From a virus (Duplodnaviria > Caudoviricetes): a DNA stretch of 33,311 bases. The notes beneath the pieces were generated by a model, which saw only the letters and a list, made by a program, of their open reading frames with translations, was not told the DNA's origin and made no database searches. How positions within the stretch are numbered: position 1 is the stretch's first letter; every line of letters begins with the position of its first letter. The translations under genes were made by a program, and so were the position numbers. Positions 8,987 through 17,902 of the stretch are shown here, one piece after another. Location: positions 1-33,311 of IMG/VR virus record IMGVR_UViG_3300025888_000273, one strand, 5' to 3'.

Positions 8987-11077
8987 ATGGGGTTTTTTAA
9001 TTTTAAAAAAACAGTAGCTAAAGTAGTTACTGGCGTTAAAAGAAAAATGTTTGATGGGTATTATTCGCAACAAAGTATGATAGCCCCTGAAATGAATACA
9101 ACAGATTTCTTGCGCTCGTATGGTCAAATAGGTTGGCTATTTGCTGCGGTTAACAGAATAAGCCAAAATATAGGATCCAGTGAATGGAAATCATATAATG
9201 GCGAAATGGTTCGGCCAAACAGTTTAGCATTAAATGTTCTTAAGCGTCCCAATAGATTTATGAGCCAGTACCAATTGCTTTGGAAGTCGGCGGCATACCT
9301 TGAATTAACAGGTAGGTGCTTTTGGTATATTGCCAAAGATGGATTAGGAAGGCCAAAAGAAATTTGGTGTTTAAACCCTTTAGATATTTGGATTATTCCT
9401 GATAAAGACAATTTTATAAAAGGTTATTTATATAAGGCCGGAGCTGAACAAATTCCGTTAAGCGTTGATGAAGTAATATTTATTCCATTGCCTGATTTGT
9501 TAAACCCATACTCTGGCAAAGGACCTGCTCAGGCAGCTAGTAGCAATTTAGAAATTGATAAATATACTTCAACCTATATTAAGAACTTTTTCTATAATGA
9601 CGCGCGCCCTGGTGGAATAGTAAATTTCCCAGACATTGATCCTGAAGAATACGATAGGGCAGTAGAACAATATAAAGATAAGCATAGAGGAGTAGAAAAC
9701 AGTAATGAATTATTATTCACTAAAGGCGGAACGGTAACATTCACGCCTATAGCCATGAATTTAAAAGATTTAGATGTTTCTAATCTTAAAGATAATACAA
9801 GAGATGGAATTCTTGGAGCGTTTGGTGTTCCAAAATCAATTGTTGGTATTACAGATGATGTAAATAGATCTACTGCTGAAGCGGCAGAGTATACTTTTGC
9901 AATGCATACAATTAAACCAGTGTTGCATCTGTTTCAAGACGTATTGAATAATGAGTTTGTACCAATGTTTGGTGAAGATGAAGAGCTTAAGTTTACTGAT
10001 CCTGTACCCAAAAATAAGGATTTCGTTAAGGCTGTAGTTGATACTCAAGTTGATAAATCACTGACTAAGAATGAAGTTAGAGATGTGTTGAATAAACTTA
10101 TGGGATGGAATCTCCCGCATATTGAAGGTGGCGACGTAATTTATCAAGGTGTTAATTTACAACCACTAGGAACCGCATTACCTAGCATTCAAACACCAGC
10201 ACCAACTGAAGATGTTCCACCTGAGGAACCAACCAAAGGAATTAAAAAAAAAATCTACAGTAAAGTGATAAGAAAAAAAATCGCAAGACAAATTAATAAA
10301 AATAATGAGTCCAGGCATCAAAGTTTTCTGAAAATGTCTGCACCTTTACAGGCAAAATTTGAAAATATCATTAATAATTACTTAAAAGATATGAAAAAAG
10401 AGGTATTACAAAAGGTATCTGCTGGGAATAAAGATCCTGTGGACGTTAAAAAGTGGAATAAGATACTTCAGGATAAAACCTTAGATGCATATATACAATG
10501 TTTTGCTGTTGGTGGCAAGTCTGTAGTGCAAGAATTTAAAAATATTGGTAATTATACGCATAAAGATCTAGGAATTAGTTTCGATATTAAGGATCCAGCG
10601 GTAAAAGCTAAGATACAAAGCAAGATTTCAAAGATAACTCAGGTGAATATTGATACAAAACAGCGAATTAAGGACCTAATAGCCCAACAATATAAGGATT
10701 CAAGCGATGAAAACGAGAGTTTTACTATAGAAAACATAGGAAAAACCATTGAAGCAGAGAATTTTTCAGAGTTTTGCGCGTCCAGATGTACTTTAATAGC
10801 ACAAACTGAGGTAATAAGTTCCTTAAATCAGGCTACAAGCGAGACTTATAAACAAAATAGTGACCTAATTGATGGGAAATATTGGTTAGCAACGTACAAT
10901 AATACAAGAGAAACGCATCAAAAGGCCTCAGAGGATTACTCAGAGGACAAAGCAATCCCAGTATCAGATCAATTTAATGTTGGTGGTTACGATTGTGAAT
11001 GTCCTGGTGATGATAGTTTGCCAGCCGATGAAGTTTCTGGATGTAGTTGCTGTATGTCTCCGAAAGTTAATGTATAA
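8987..11077 (+). CDS. HK97-type portal protein fused to a MuF-like minor head domain
   Basis: Portal motifs (NFFYNDARPGG, ILGAFGVPKSIVG) to about aa 400; Pro-rich linker; MuF-like IAQTEV, KYWLAT..TRETH and CPGD..EVSGCSC. Confidence 0.9.
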   Translation: MGFFNFKKTVAKVVTGVKRKMFDGYYSQQSMIAPEMNTTDFLRSYGQIGWLFAAVNRISQNIGSSEWKSYNGEMVRPNSLALNVLKRPNRFMSQYQLLWKSAAYLELTGRCFWYIAKDGLGRPKEIWCLNPLDIWIIPDKDNFIKGYLYKAGAEQIPLSVDEVIFIPLPDLLNPYSGKGPAQAASSNLEIDKYTSTYIKNFFYNDARPGGIVNFPDIDPEEYDRAVEQYKDKHRGVENSNELLFTKGGTVTFTPIAMNLKDLDVSNLKDNTRDGILGAFGVPKSIVGITDDVNRSTAEAAEYTFAMHTIKPVLHLFQDVLNNEFVPMFGEDEELKFTDPVPKNKDFVKAVVDTQVDKSLTKNEVRDVLNKLMGWNLPHIEGGDVIYQGVNLQPLGTALPSIQTPAPTEDVPPEEPTKGIKKKIYSKVIRKKIARQINKNNESRHQSFLKMSAPLQAKFENIINNYLKDMKKEVLQKVSAGNKDPVDVKKWNKILQDKTLDAYIQCFAVGGKSVVQEFKNIGNYTHKDLGISFDIKDPAVKAKIQSKISKITQVNIDTKQRIKDLIAQQYKDSSDENESFTIENIGKTIEAENFSEFCASRCTLIAQTEVISSLNQATSETYKQNSDLIDGKYWLATYNNTRETHQKASEDYSEDKAIPVSDQFNVGGYDCECPGDDSLPADEVSGCSCCMSPKVNV

Positions 11078-11093
11078 GAAAGGGTGATTATAA

Positions 11094-11365
11094 ATGAATT
11101 TTGGTGAAGCTTTAATAATAGCAAAGTCAGGAAAGAAAATAAGTAGAGAAGGTTGGAACGGTAAGGGAATGTTTGTAGTTTATCAAAAGGCTATCCTCAA
11201 GGCATAAGGTGTAATTTACAAACAGCTAAAGCATGGGGATTAAGCGAGGGTGATTTATTCAGATGTGAACCTTATCTACAAATAAAGATGGTTAATGGTT
11301 CTCATTCAATGTGGGTCCCAAGTATTAATGATACTCTAGCTGATGATTGGGGAGCAATTAAATAA
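11094..11365 (+). pseudogene. DUF2829/Tad2-like protein interrupted by a -1 frameshift
   Basis: MNFGEAL..KSGKKISREGWNGKGMFVVYQK in frame 0 stops at 11207; the -1 frame from 11189 reads GYPQGI..PYLQIKMVNGSHSMWVPSINDTLADDW to a stop at 11365. Confidence 0.8.
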
Positions 11366-11376
11366 ACTCAAACAAT

Positions 11377-11405
11377 GAGCCACATGTAATGTAGGTTCTT
11401 TTTTT
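11377..11405 (+). terminator. Terminator-like hairpin
   Basis: GAGCCACAT-GTA-ATGTAGGTTC followed by T7. Confidence 0.55.
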
Positions 11406-11426
11406 ATGCGCTTAGGAGGTGAGAAG

Positions 11427-12308
11427 GTGGAAAAGCAGCTAAAACAATTAAGTTTTAAAGTGAAAGTAGTAGATCAAGAAAATAGAGTTATTGAAATGAT
11501 TGGTTCGGATGAGTCTAACGATAGGGCTGGCGATAAGATGCTCTTAGCTGGTGCCAAACTAGATAATTTTAAAAAAAATCCGGTGATTGTTGCAAACCAT
11601 AATTATGGGCAAAGCGAGAAACCGACAGTTATTGGTAGGGCGCTTAGTATAACAATTGAAAAAAGTCAAATGATATTTAAAATACAATTTGCAGAAACAG
11701 AGAATGGAAAAGAATGGTTTTATTTATATGCTAATAAATACATGAACGCTAGTTCAATTGGTTTTATCCCAATTGATTTTGAGCCGAACAGTAGCGGCGG
11801 TTATGATTTTAAGACTTGGGAGCTATTGGAATTATCGTTAATTTCTGTTCCTTGCAATCCTAACGCGGTACAAAGGGCCTATAAATCAGGGAAAATTTCA
11901 AAAGGCATATACGAACAAATAAAAGAATTGGAGGTTTTAGATATGAATGTAAAAGAATTAGAAGCATTGGTTGAAAAATCAGTTAGTGGTTCGGTTAAAA
12001 CATTACAAGCAAAACATGCTAAAGAAATTAAGGCGCTTAATGCAAAAATCAAAGCCATGGAGGATGCTCCAGCCGAAGATGAATCAACTGAGGATGAAGG
12101 CTCAGAAGAAACAGAAATGAAAGATATATGTGATGCAATAGGTGCTCAGCTTGAAAAATTAAGGGCATTATGCGGGGAAGAAAAAGCCGTTGAAACTGGA
12201 GATGAAGAGGGTGCTCCAACTGAAGATGAAGCAAAAGACTATTCCGAAGAAGAAATTCAAAAGATGGTCGCTGACAATATAGAAAAAATGATGAAGGAGG
12301 CAAAATAA
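11427..12308 (+). CDS. HK97-family prohead protease with C-terminal scaffold-like region
   Basis: NPVIVANH, ASSIGF, ELLELSLISVPCNPNA motifs; GTG start after AGGAGGT; acidic coiled-coil tail. Confidence 0.9.
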   Translation: MEKQLKQLSFKVKVVDQENRVIEMIGSDESNDRAGDKMLLAGAKLDNFKKNPVIVANHNYGQSEKPTVIGRALSITIEKSQMIFKIQFAETENGKEWFYLYANKYMNASSIGFIPIDFEPNSSGGYDFKTWELLELSLISVPCNPNAVQRAYKSGKISKGIYEQIKELEVLDMNVKELEALVEKSVSGSVKTLQAKHAKEIKALNAKIKAMEDAPAEDESTEDEGSEETEMKDICDAIGAQLEKLRALCGEEKAVETGDEEGAPTEDEAKDYSEEEIQKMVADNIEKMMKEAK

Positions 12309-12309
12309 T

Positions 12310-13425
12310 ATGCCAAAATTAACAGCAAAAGAATTAGCGGCAGTAGTAGCAGGAACAACCGAAGCAATCCTTAAGGAAAAAGGGTTTACAAAAGTATTAA
12401 ACAAACTTAAGTTTTCTACCAACGAGCCAGGTGAAATGAGTAAAGAGGAAAAAACATGTAAATACTTTATTGCAAAAATGGATAATAACAGAGCAGAGAT
12501 TGCGAAATATTGTGGGGGTACTGTAAAAGATTTAAGTGGTGCTACGGCTGGAAGCGGACTTGAATTACTCCCAACTGAGTTTCATGCGGATATTATAGAT
12601 AGAATAACATCAGATCCTATCGCACTTAGAAATATTTGCACAGTTGTTCCAGTTACATTTAGGAATGGGACTTGGCCTATAGGGATTACAGGAGTTTCGT
12701 TAACGTGGGAAAATTCAGATACAAATCCATTAACTCCAACCGCACCAACATTTACAAGCTTAAGCTATAGTGTTATTAGATTAGATGGATATACAGCAAT
12801 GGCTAGAGATTTAGTGTCAGATTCACCAGTTAACCTTTATGGATATTTAGTAAAACAGTATGCAAAAGCTTTTGTTAAGGCAGAAAATATTGCTATTATG
12901 GTCGGAACTGGTACTAATCAACCACAGGGAGTTATTAATGCTCTTAATTTAAAAGTAGTACCATCTATTAACGCAGCTACTACTAATATCTTACACTGTG
13001 ACGATATGGTTTCATTACCATTCGCAATTGATGTTAATTGGAGGGATGGCGGTGTTTATTACATGAATACCGGTGCTGTAAGACAAGCTAAGTTATTTAA
13101 GGATCTTCAAGGTAGGTATTTATGGGTTAACGGAGATATGCTCGCGGGTAAACCAGCCACATTTAATGGATACCCTGTACAAGAATTTACTGCATTATTC
13201 CCTGAAAACTTAACTGTAAATGCTAAAGCAACATGTTCCGAAATGGTATTTGGAAACTTAGAATATTTCTACTTATTTGATAAAGGTGAAATGGGTTCTG
13301 AAATGAACACACAATCAGATCAGGCTTTCAAAAATCATGAAGTTTTGGTAAAGATGTGGCAAAGAATCGATGGTAAATGTGCCATTGGTCAGGCATTTGC
13401 TCTTCTAACTGGATTCTTAAAATAA
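12310..13425 (+). CDS. Major capsid protein (HK97 fold)
   Basis: LLPTEFHADII, GTGTNQPQGVI, KDLQGRYLW..ATFNGYPV, FGNLEYF motifs; position after the protease. Confidence 0.93.
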   Translation: MPKLTAKELAAVVAGTTEAILKEKGFTKVLNKLKFSTNEPGEMSKEEKTCKYFIAKMDNNRAEIAKYCGGTVKDLSGATAGSGLELLPTEFHADIIDRITSDPIALRNICTVVPVTFRNGTWPIGITGVSLTWENSDTNPLTPTAPTFTSLSYSVIRLDGYTAMARDLVSDSPVNLYGYLVKQYAKAFVKAENIAIMVGTGTNQPQGVINALNLKVVPSINAATTNILHCDDMVSLPFAIDVNWRDGGVYYMNTGAVRQAKLFKDLQGRYLWVNGDMLAGKPATFNGYPVQEFTALFPENLTVNAKATCSEMVFGNLEYFYLFDKGEMGSEMNTQSDQAFKNHEVLVKMWQRIDGKCAIGQAFALLTGFLK

Positions 13426-13435
13426 TAAAAGTAAT

Positions 13436-13464
13436 GGCTGTGAGAATTACTCATGGCCTTTTTT
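13436..13464 (+). terminator. Rho-independent terminator after capsid gene
   Basis: GGCTGTGAG/CTCATGGCC stem followed by T6. Confidence 0.7.
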
Positions 13465-13477
13465 AAAAGGAGTCAAT

Positions 13478-13618
13478 ATGAAAATTAAAATATTGGTTTA
13501 TGTGCCCAAAAATGAAATTGGTACAATGATAGATTTACAGCCGGGTGAGATTATAGCAATGGACGATAGTGTTTGTGAAGAATTAATAAAAAAAGGAAAA
13601 GCAGAATTTCAATTTTAG
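13478..13618 (+). CDS. Small head-region protein (46 aa, not in ORF track)
   Basis: AAGGAG RBS; LQPGEII..EELIKKGKAE pattern typical of small post-capsid proteins. Confidence 0.7.
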   Translation: MKIKILVYVPKNEIGTMIDLQPGEIIAMDDSVCEELIKKGKAEFQF

Positions 13619-13631
13619 GAGGAATAATATT

Positions 13632-13793
13632 ATGGCAAAAGTAGTTAAATTTATAAAACCACTTGAACAATATAGAATAGATGATTGTGCAAGTTTTGAA
13701 GATAAAGCAGCGGACAGGGTTGTTGCAGCGGGCTATGGGTTAGAAATGAAGCTAGAAGATACAAAGATTATAGAGCCAAACACTAAAAAATAG
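13632..13793 (+). CDS. Small head-region protein (53 aa, not in ORF track)
   Basis: AGGAGG RBS; MAKVVKFIKPLEQYRIDDCASFEDKAADRVVAAGYG. Confidence 0.7.
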   Translation: MAKVVKFIKPLEQYRIDDCASFEDKAADRVVAAGYGLEMKLEDTKIIEPNTKK

Positions 13794-13804
13794 AGGTGGT
13801 GTAA

Positions 13805-13972
13805 ATGGTACAAAAAATTACAAATGGATATATTGGATTGGGTGCAGACGTTAAGCCAACTACTTATGTACCAGCTGGATTTACATTTTACGAAACCGAC
13901 ACAAAAATAGCTTGGATTTTTGATGGGGCTAATATAAACCCAGTAACTGGCAATGGTTGGTGGCCATTATAA
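13805..13972 (+). CDS. Small virion accessory protein (55 aa, not in ORF track)
   Basis: GAGGTGG RBS; YIGLGADVKPT..PAGFTFYETDT..WIFDG resembles fibre-anchor motifs. Confidence 0.7.
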   Translation: MVQKITNGYIGLGADVKPTTYVPAGFTFYETDTKIAWIFDGANINPVTGNGWWPL

Positions 13973-13984
13973 TGAGGTGGTTTT

Positions 13985-14518
13985 ATGAGTTATAGTGATA
14001 TTTTAAATGTTAAATATTTAGTTCGGCTTGAAATAATTGACCCATTGTATAAAAGATATAAAAGACCTATAAATCAAGTTCAATATAATCCCATTACGTG
14101 GGCAGAGTGGACAAAAACAATAGGAATAACAGCTAATAGTTTGGGGTTAGAAATGACATCCGATGGCTCAACCTGGATATTTGCGCATATACCTACTAGC
14201 TTAAAAGTAAGTACAAAGTATGGGTTACTCTATAATATAGTAAATGCAACTATTACTCAAAATTTTCTCTTGGGAACGGGTTTAAATCCATTTAATAGTG
14301 TAATTCCTAAAACCATAGGAAACAATAAATTTGTAATAACTACATTAACGAGTTTTAGTTATAACCAAGTACAATTAGGGATAACAAATACAGACAGTAT
14401 AGGAAATAAAATTAAATTAAAAGATATTAGATTATTTGAACTTCCAACAAGCTCACAAATAGAAACAGATTTTACTAGTTTAACAGCTGACCAACTCAAT
14501 ACAAAATATCCATTTTAG
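13985..14518 (+). CDS. Hypothetical beta-rich virion accessory protein
   Basis: 177 aa, GAGGTGG RBS, beta-strand-like pattern; located between capsid and connector genes. Confidence 0.6.
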   Translation: MSYSDILNVKYLVRLEIIDPLYKRYKRPINQVQYNPITWAEWTKTIGITANSLGLEMTSDGSTWIFAHIPTSLKVSTKYGLLYNIVNATITQNFLLGTGLNPFNSVIPKTIGNNKFVITTLTSFSYNQVQLGITNTDSIGNKIKLKDIRLFELPTSSQIETDFTSLTADQLNTKYPF

Positions 14519-14530
14519 GAGATGGTATAA

Positions 14531-15127
14531 ATGCCATTAACAACCATAGAAAAATGCAAAAGGTATTTAGGACCAAACTGTCCTGATGGGGATGATGAAT
14601 TTATAGATGATTTAATTAAGAATGCTCAATCATTAATAGAGAATTATTGCCATAGGCACTTTGATATAAAAACCTATACAGGGGAGCAACACAATATAAA
14701 TCATAAAATATTTACTAAAGAAACTCCAATCACATCAGTAATAAATATTGTTAGACTTGATGGAAGCATCATAAATACTGTACCTGATTCTAGCGACATG
14801 ACTAATTATAGAATATTCCCTGGCTATGTTGAGTTATTTGATTATAAATTTGTCACTATGGGCAACAGGCTTAAGTATGTAAACAATGAAGAATCTTACA
14901 TTGAGATAACTTATACTGCTGGATTTGAAACCGTGCCCGCAGATTTAAGCTTTGCAGCTACTAAGTTAGTTGCTATGGAATATAAAGAAAGTCGCGAGGA
15001 TAGACTGGGGCTTGCAAGTCATAGTGAGGGAGCTATAAGCGATACCTATATTGCAAAGGGAATAAATTCGGAAATGCCACTTAGTGTCTCTGCAATATTG
15101 GATAGATATAGAAGAGTGAGTATATGA
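14531..15127 (+). CDS. Head-tail connector (HK97 gp6-like with insertion)
   Basis: LTTIEKCKRYL..DDEFIDDLIKNAQSLIENYC; ITYTAGFETVPADL; ILDRYRR. Confidence 0.85.
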   Translation: MPLTTIEKCKRYLGPNCPDGDDEFIDDLIKNAQSLIENYCHRHFDIKTYTGEQHNINHKIFTKETPITSVINIVRLDGSIINTVPDSSDMTNYRIFPGYVELFDYKFVTMGNRLKYVNNEESYIEITYTAGFETVPADLSFAATKLVAMEYKESREDRLGLASHSEGAISDTYIAKGINSEMPLSVSAILDRYRRVSI

Positions 15128-15459
15128 GACAAAATATACTTGATATTCTTATTGCTACTATTACTAAAGATGATACAGGAAGAGAAATTAAAAAATGGTC
15201 CGTGAATTGCACTTCATTTGGGGGATTTCAGACTGTAAACTATGTTGCTGGTTATAAGCCTTTTGGGGTGACTGATAAAACAAGTAATGTTTTTTATTGT
15301 AAGGATATTGAACTTATGAAAAGATATTATCTATTAAAAACCGATTCTAACCAGTTTAATGTCACTTATAGAATTGGAGTTAACAATAGACAATATATAA
15401 TAAATTCAATTTTACCTTTTCCCAATCATATGGAAATTTACTTAGAGCTGGTGGTATAA
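15124..15459 (+). CDS. Probable head closure protein
   Basis: Size, synteny, TKDDTGREIKKW and YIINSI..NHMEIYLE; ATGA overlap. Confidence 0.65.
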   Translation: MRQNILDILIATITKDDTGREIKKWSVNCTSFGGFQTVNYVAGYKPFGVTDKTSNVFYCKDIELMKRYYLLKTDSNQFNVTYRIGVNNRQYIINSILPFPNHMEIYLELVV

Positions 15460-15897
15460 ATGGCGGGAAGTGTAGACGAGGTTCTTGCAAATTGGGTAAA
15501 AAGAGTTGAAGTAAAAGTAAATGAAGTGACTTTAGCTGCTGATAAGGCAGTTTTGAAAGCCGCTTTTTTTTGCGAGGGTGAAGCTAAAAAAAATGCAATG
15601 ATTATGATTTACAATGTGTCAATTCCAGTCAATGAAAAAGGAATTGCAATGTGGAAAAGAACTGGCTTGTATAAGGCGAGTATCGGTAGCGGGCTTGACC
15701 CTGATAATGAACATAGTGCAATAGTTTATAATACTGCACCCTATGCCGGTAAAGTTGAATATGGAAGTAGTGATGCTCCTGGAGCTGAAAGCCCAGGAAT
15801 GCAAGGCAGACCAGTAATGACTAATAGTGTATTTAATAACAAGCCACAAATTAAAACGATAATAGAAAAATATATGAGGGAGGTCGTAAACAAGTGA
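15460..15897 (+). CDS. HK97 gp10-like neck protein
   Basis: RTGLYKASI, APYAGKVEYG, MQGRPVM motifs. Confidence 0.85.
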   Translation: MAGSVDEVLANWVKRVEVKVNEVTLAADKAVLKAAFFCEGEAKKNAMIMIYNVSIPVNEKGIAMWKRTGLYKASIGSGLDPDNEHSAIVYNTAPYAGKVEYGSSDAPGAESPGMQGRPVMTNSVFNNKPQIKTIIEKYMREVVNK

Positions 15898-16247
15898 TAG
15901 ATAATAATGCGGAGGTTTATGCAATTCTTGCTATAGTTGGAACAACATACCCACAATATCCCACATCATTTGCGACTTTCCCTATAATTTCTTATTGGGA
16001 TTCTAACCATACTGCTGATGATTTTGCAGATGGTAGAAGTGGAGCTGATGTTATTGAAACCACTGTGGATGTATGGGAGAAAGAAGATGGAGAAGGTAAT
16101 TTAATAAAAATTCATAAAGAAATGGATAAGGTTATGAGAGGCGCTGGCTTTATAAGATCCAATCCAATTGTTGGAATGTACGAAACGGACACTCATGTAT
16201 ACCATTATCAAGGAAAATATAAAAAATTATATGAGGAAATAGATTAA
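15894..16247 (+). CDS. Probable tail terminator/completion protein
   Basis: FPIISY, VDVW, MRGAGF, YETDTHVYH motifs; precedes the major tail gene. Confidence 0.75.
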   Translation: MIDNNAEVYAILAIVGTTYPQYPTSFATFPIISYWDSNHTADDFADGRSGADVIETTVDVWEKEDGEGNLIKIHKEMDKVMRGAGFIRSNPIVGMYETDTHVYHYQGKYKKLYEEID

Positions 16248-16277
16248 TTAATAATAAAAATTAAGGAGATGTTTTAT

Positions 16278-17168
16278 TTGGGTTCAAATTTTGTAAGTGT
16301 AGATAAATTATATTATGCAGTAATGGCAACTGATAGTGATGTTTCACCACTACCATCCTATTCAATACCAAAACCATTAATGGCTGCAGCTAAAGTTCAG
16401 GTAGATCCAACTAATAATAAGGTGCCATATTATGCTGATGGTGTAAATATTGAAATGGCACAAGTAGTTACAACAGGTAAGGTTGTTATCCAGGGTTCCA
16501 CATTGCCTCTCTCTGTACAGGCTGATTTGTTCGGTCATACATTAGACGGCTTAGGTGGATTGACTTATAATAAAAATGATATAGCCCCTTATGTTTGTAT
16601 TTTTTATAGGAGAACCAAAGCTAATAAAAAATTTAGATATGTTAAGTTGTTAAAATGTATGTTTGATGATACTTCAGATGCAGCAGCTACAGCTAACGCG
16701 AGTGTAACGCCTCAAGATGACACTTTAAATGGATCACTTTTCTCGAGAAACAGTGATGGTAATTGGAAAAAGGTTATCGATGATGAGGCAGTTGGTTACG
16801 TAGATATAAGCAATTCATTCTTTAACCAAGTTGATGGAATAATTGATGTTATCCTCCCAACTTTAACGAGCACAATTCCGGCTACAGCCGCTACAGCGGT
16901 AGCAGTAGGCACAGCATATCAATTTGTTATGTCTGAAAGTATTAATCCTTCTACAGTAACACCAAACAACTTCTATTTAATGAAAGATAGTGATGGTACG
17001 ATTGTTAGCGCAAGTGTAGCTTATAATGATGTCACAAAGACTGTAACGTTAACACCTACGGTTGCTTTAACCGCTGCAAGCAAGTATTTTGCAATTATTG
17101 ATGGAGACGTTACTGACATAAACGGTAATCACATCATATCTATAACTAAGAACTTTACGACTGCTTAA
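16278..17168 (+). CDS. Major tail protein (phi13-like) with C-terminal Ig-like domain
   Basis: KLYYA, YYADG, APYV..KFRYVKLLK; C-terminal SESINPSTVT..TLTPTVAL..DINGN. TTG 16278 is better spaced from AAGGAG than ATG 16269. Confidence 0.85.
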   Translation: MGSNFVSVDKLYYAVMATDSDVSPLPSYSIPKPLMAAAKVQVDPTNNKVPYYADGVNIEMAQVVTTGKVVIQGSTLPLSVQADLFGHTLDGLGGLTYNKNDIAPYVCIFYRRTKANKKFRYVKLLKCMFDDTSDAAATANASVTPQDDTLNGSLFSRNSDGNWKKVIDDEAVGYVDISNSFFNQVDGIIDVILPTLTSTIPATAATAVAVGTAYQFVMSESINPSTVTPNNFYLMKDSDGTIVSASVAYNDVTKTVTLTPTVALTAASKYFAIIDGDVTDINGNHIISITKNFTTA

Positions 17169-17218
17169 AAATGGGGGTATATCCCTCTTTAAATTAAATT
17201 TGAAAGGAATTGATATAA

Positions 17219-17581
17219 ATGATATTAAAATTAATGATGGACCAAAGCAACGAGGTAACTAATCCAGAGACTAAAGAAGTAACTACTGTAATAACTCAAG
17301 TTGAAAAAACTTTCAATACTGGATTTATGAATGGTAGAAGGTTAAAACAAACAATGGCTATATCATCCGAAGTGGAGGGTCAAAACCCAGATGATGCGAC
17401 AATAGATAAAATGGTAGGTTACATCGTAGATCTCTACAGTAACCAGTTTACATTAGACCAATTCTATGATGGCATAGCTTCAGACAAAGTATTTTCAACT
17501 TTTGAAGAATGTGTAAAAACTATTATTGGGAACACCCAAGAAAAGGCAGAATTATTAGCAGTGTCACAGGGAAAAAAGTAA
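17219..17581 (+). CDS. Tail assembly chaperone (gpG-like)
   Basis: YIVDLYSNQFTLDQFYDGI; lies between major tail and tape measure; ends in a slippery sequence. Confidence 0.85.
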   Translation: MILKLMMDQSNEVTNPETKEVTTVITQVEKTFNTGFMNGRRLKQTMAISSEVEGQNPDDATIDKMVGYIVDLYSNQFTLDQFYDGIASDKVFSTFEECVKTIIGNTQEKAELLAVSQGKK

Positions 17582-17829
17582 GTAACGGAGAAAAAACAGA
17601 AACAGTAAGTAGCGGTAAATTTTCTCCTATGGATTTTGTATATGAATTTTATGAAACTCTCATGTGGCAAGTTGAAAGAGATGAAGATGGCAACGAACAC
17701 AAAATAAAATACATGACAATTAATGAAATTGACGAACTTGATGTTTTTTTCTATCTTGATTTAGAAATATACAATAACAACAAAGGTAATATAAAGGCTA
17801 TTGCAAGAATGGACGCAATGGGATTATAA
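17569..17829 (+). CDS. gpGT-like -1 frameshift extension of the tail chaperone
   Basis: G GGA AAA and A AAA AAG heptamers at 17569-17578; the -1 frame is open to 17829 (FYETLM..INEIDELDVFFYLDL). Confidence 0.75.
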   Translation, partial: GKKVSNGEKTETVSSGKFSPMDFVYEFYETLMWQVERDEDGNEHKIKYMTINEIDELDVFFYLDLEIYNNNKGNIKAIARMDAMGL

Positions 17830-17844
17830 AAATAAAAGCAAATA

Positions 17845-17874
17845 AGGATTATCTTATACAGGTGATCTTTTTTT
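17845..17874 (+). terminator. Terminator-like hairpin before tape measure gene
   Basis: AGGATTATCT/AGGTGATCTT stem followed by a T-run. Confidence 0.55.
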
Positions 17875-17902
17875 ATTGCCTAAAAAGGTAGGTGAATAAA
17901 AA

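Noticed and set aside
10260-11077. MuF polymorphic toxin
   Set aside because: The protein ends right after the Cys-rich MuF motif; there is no toxin extension or immunity gene.
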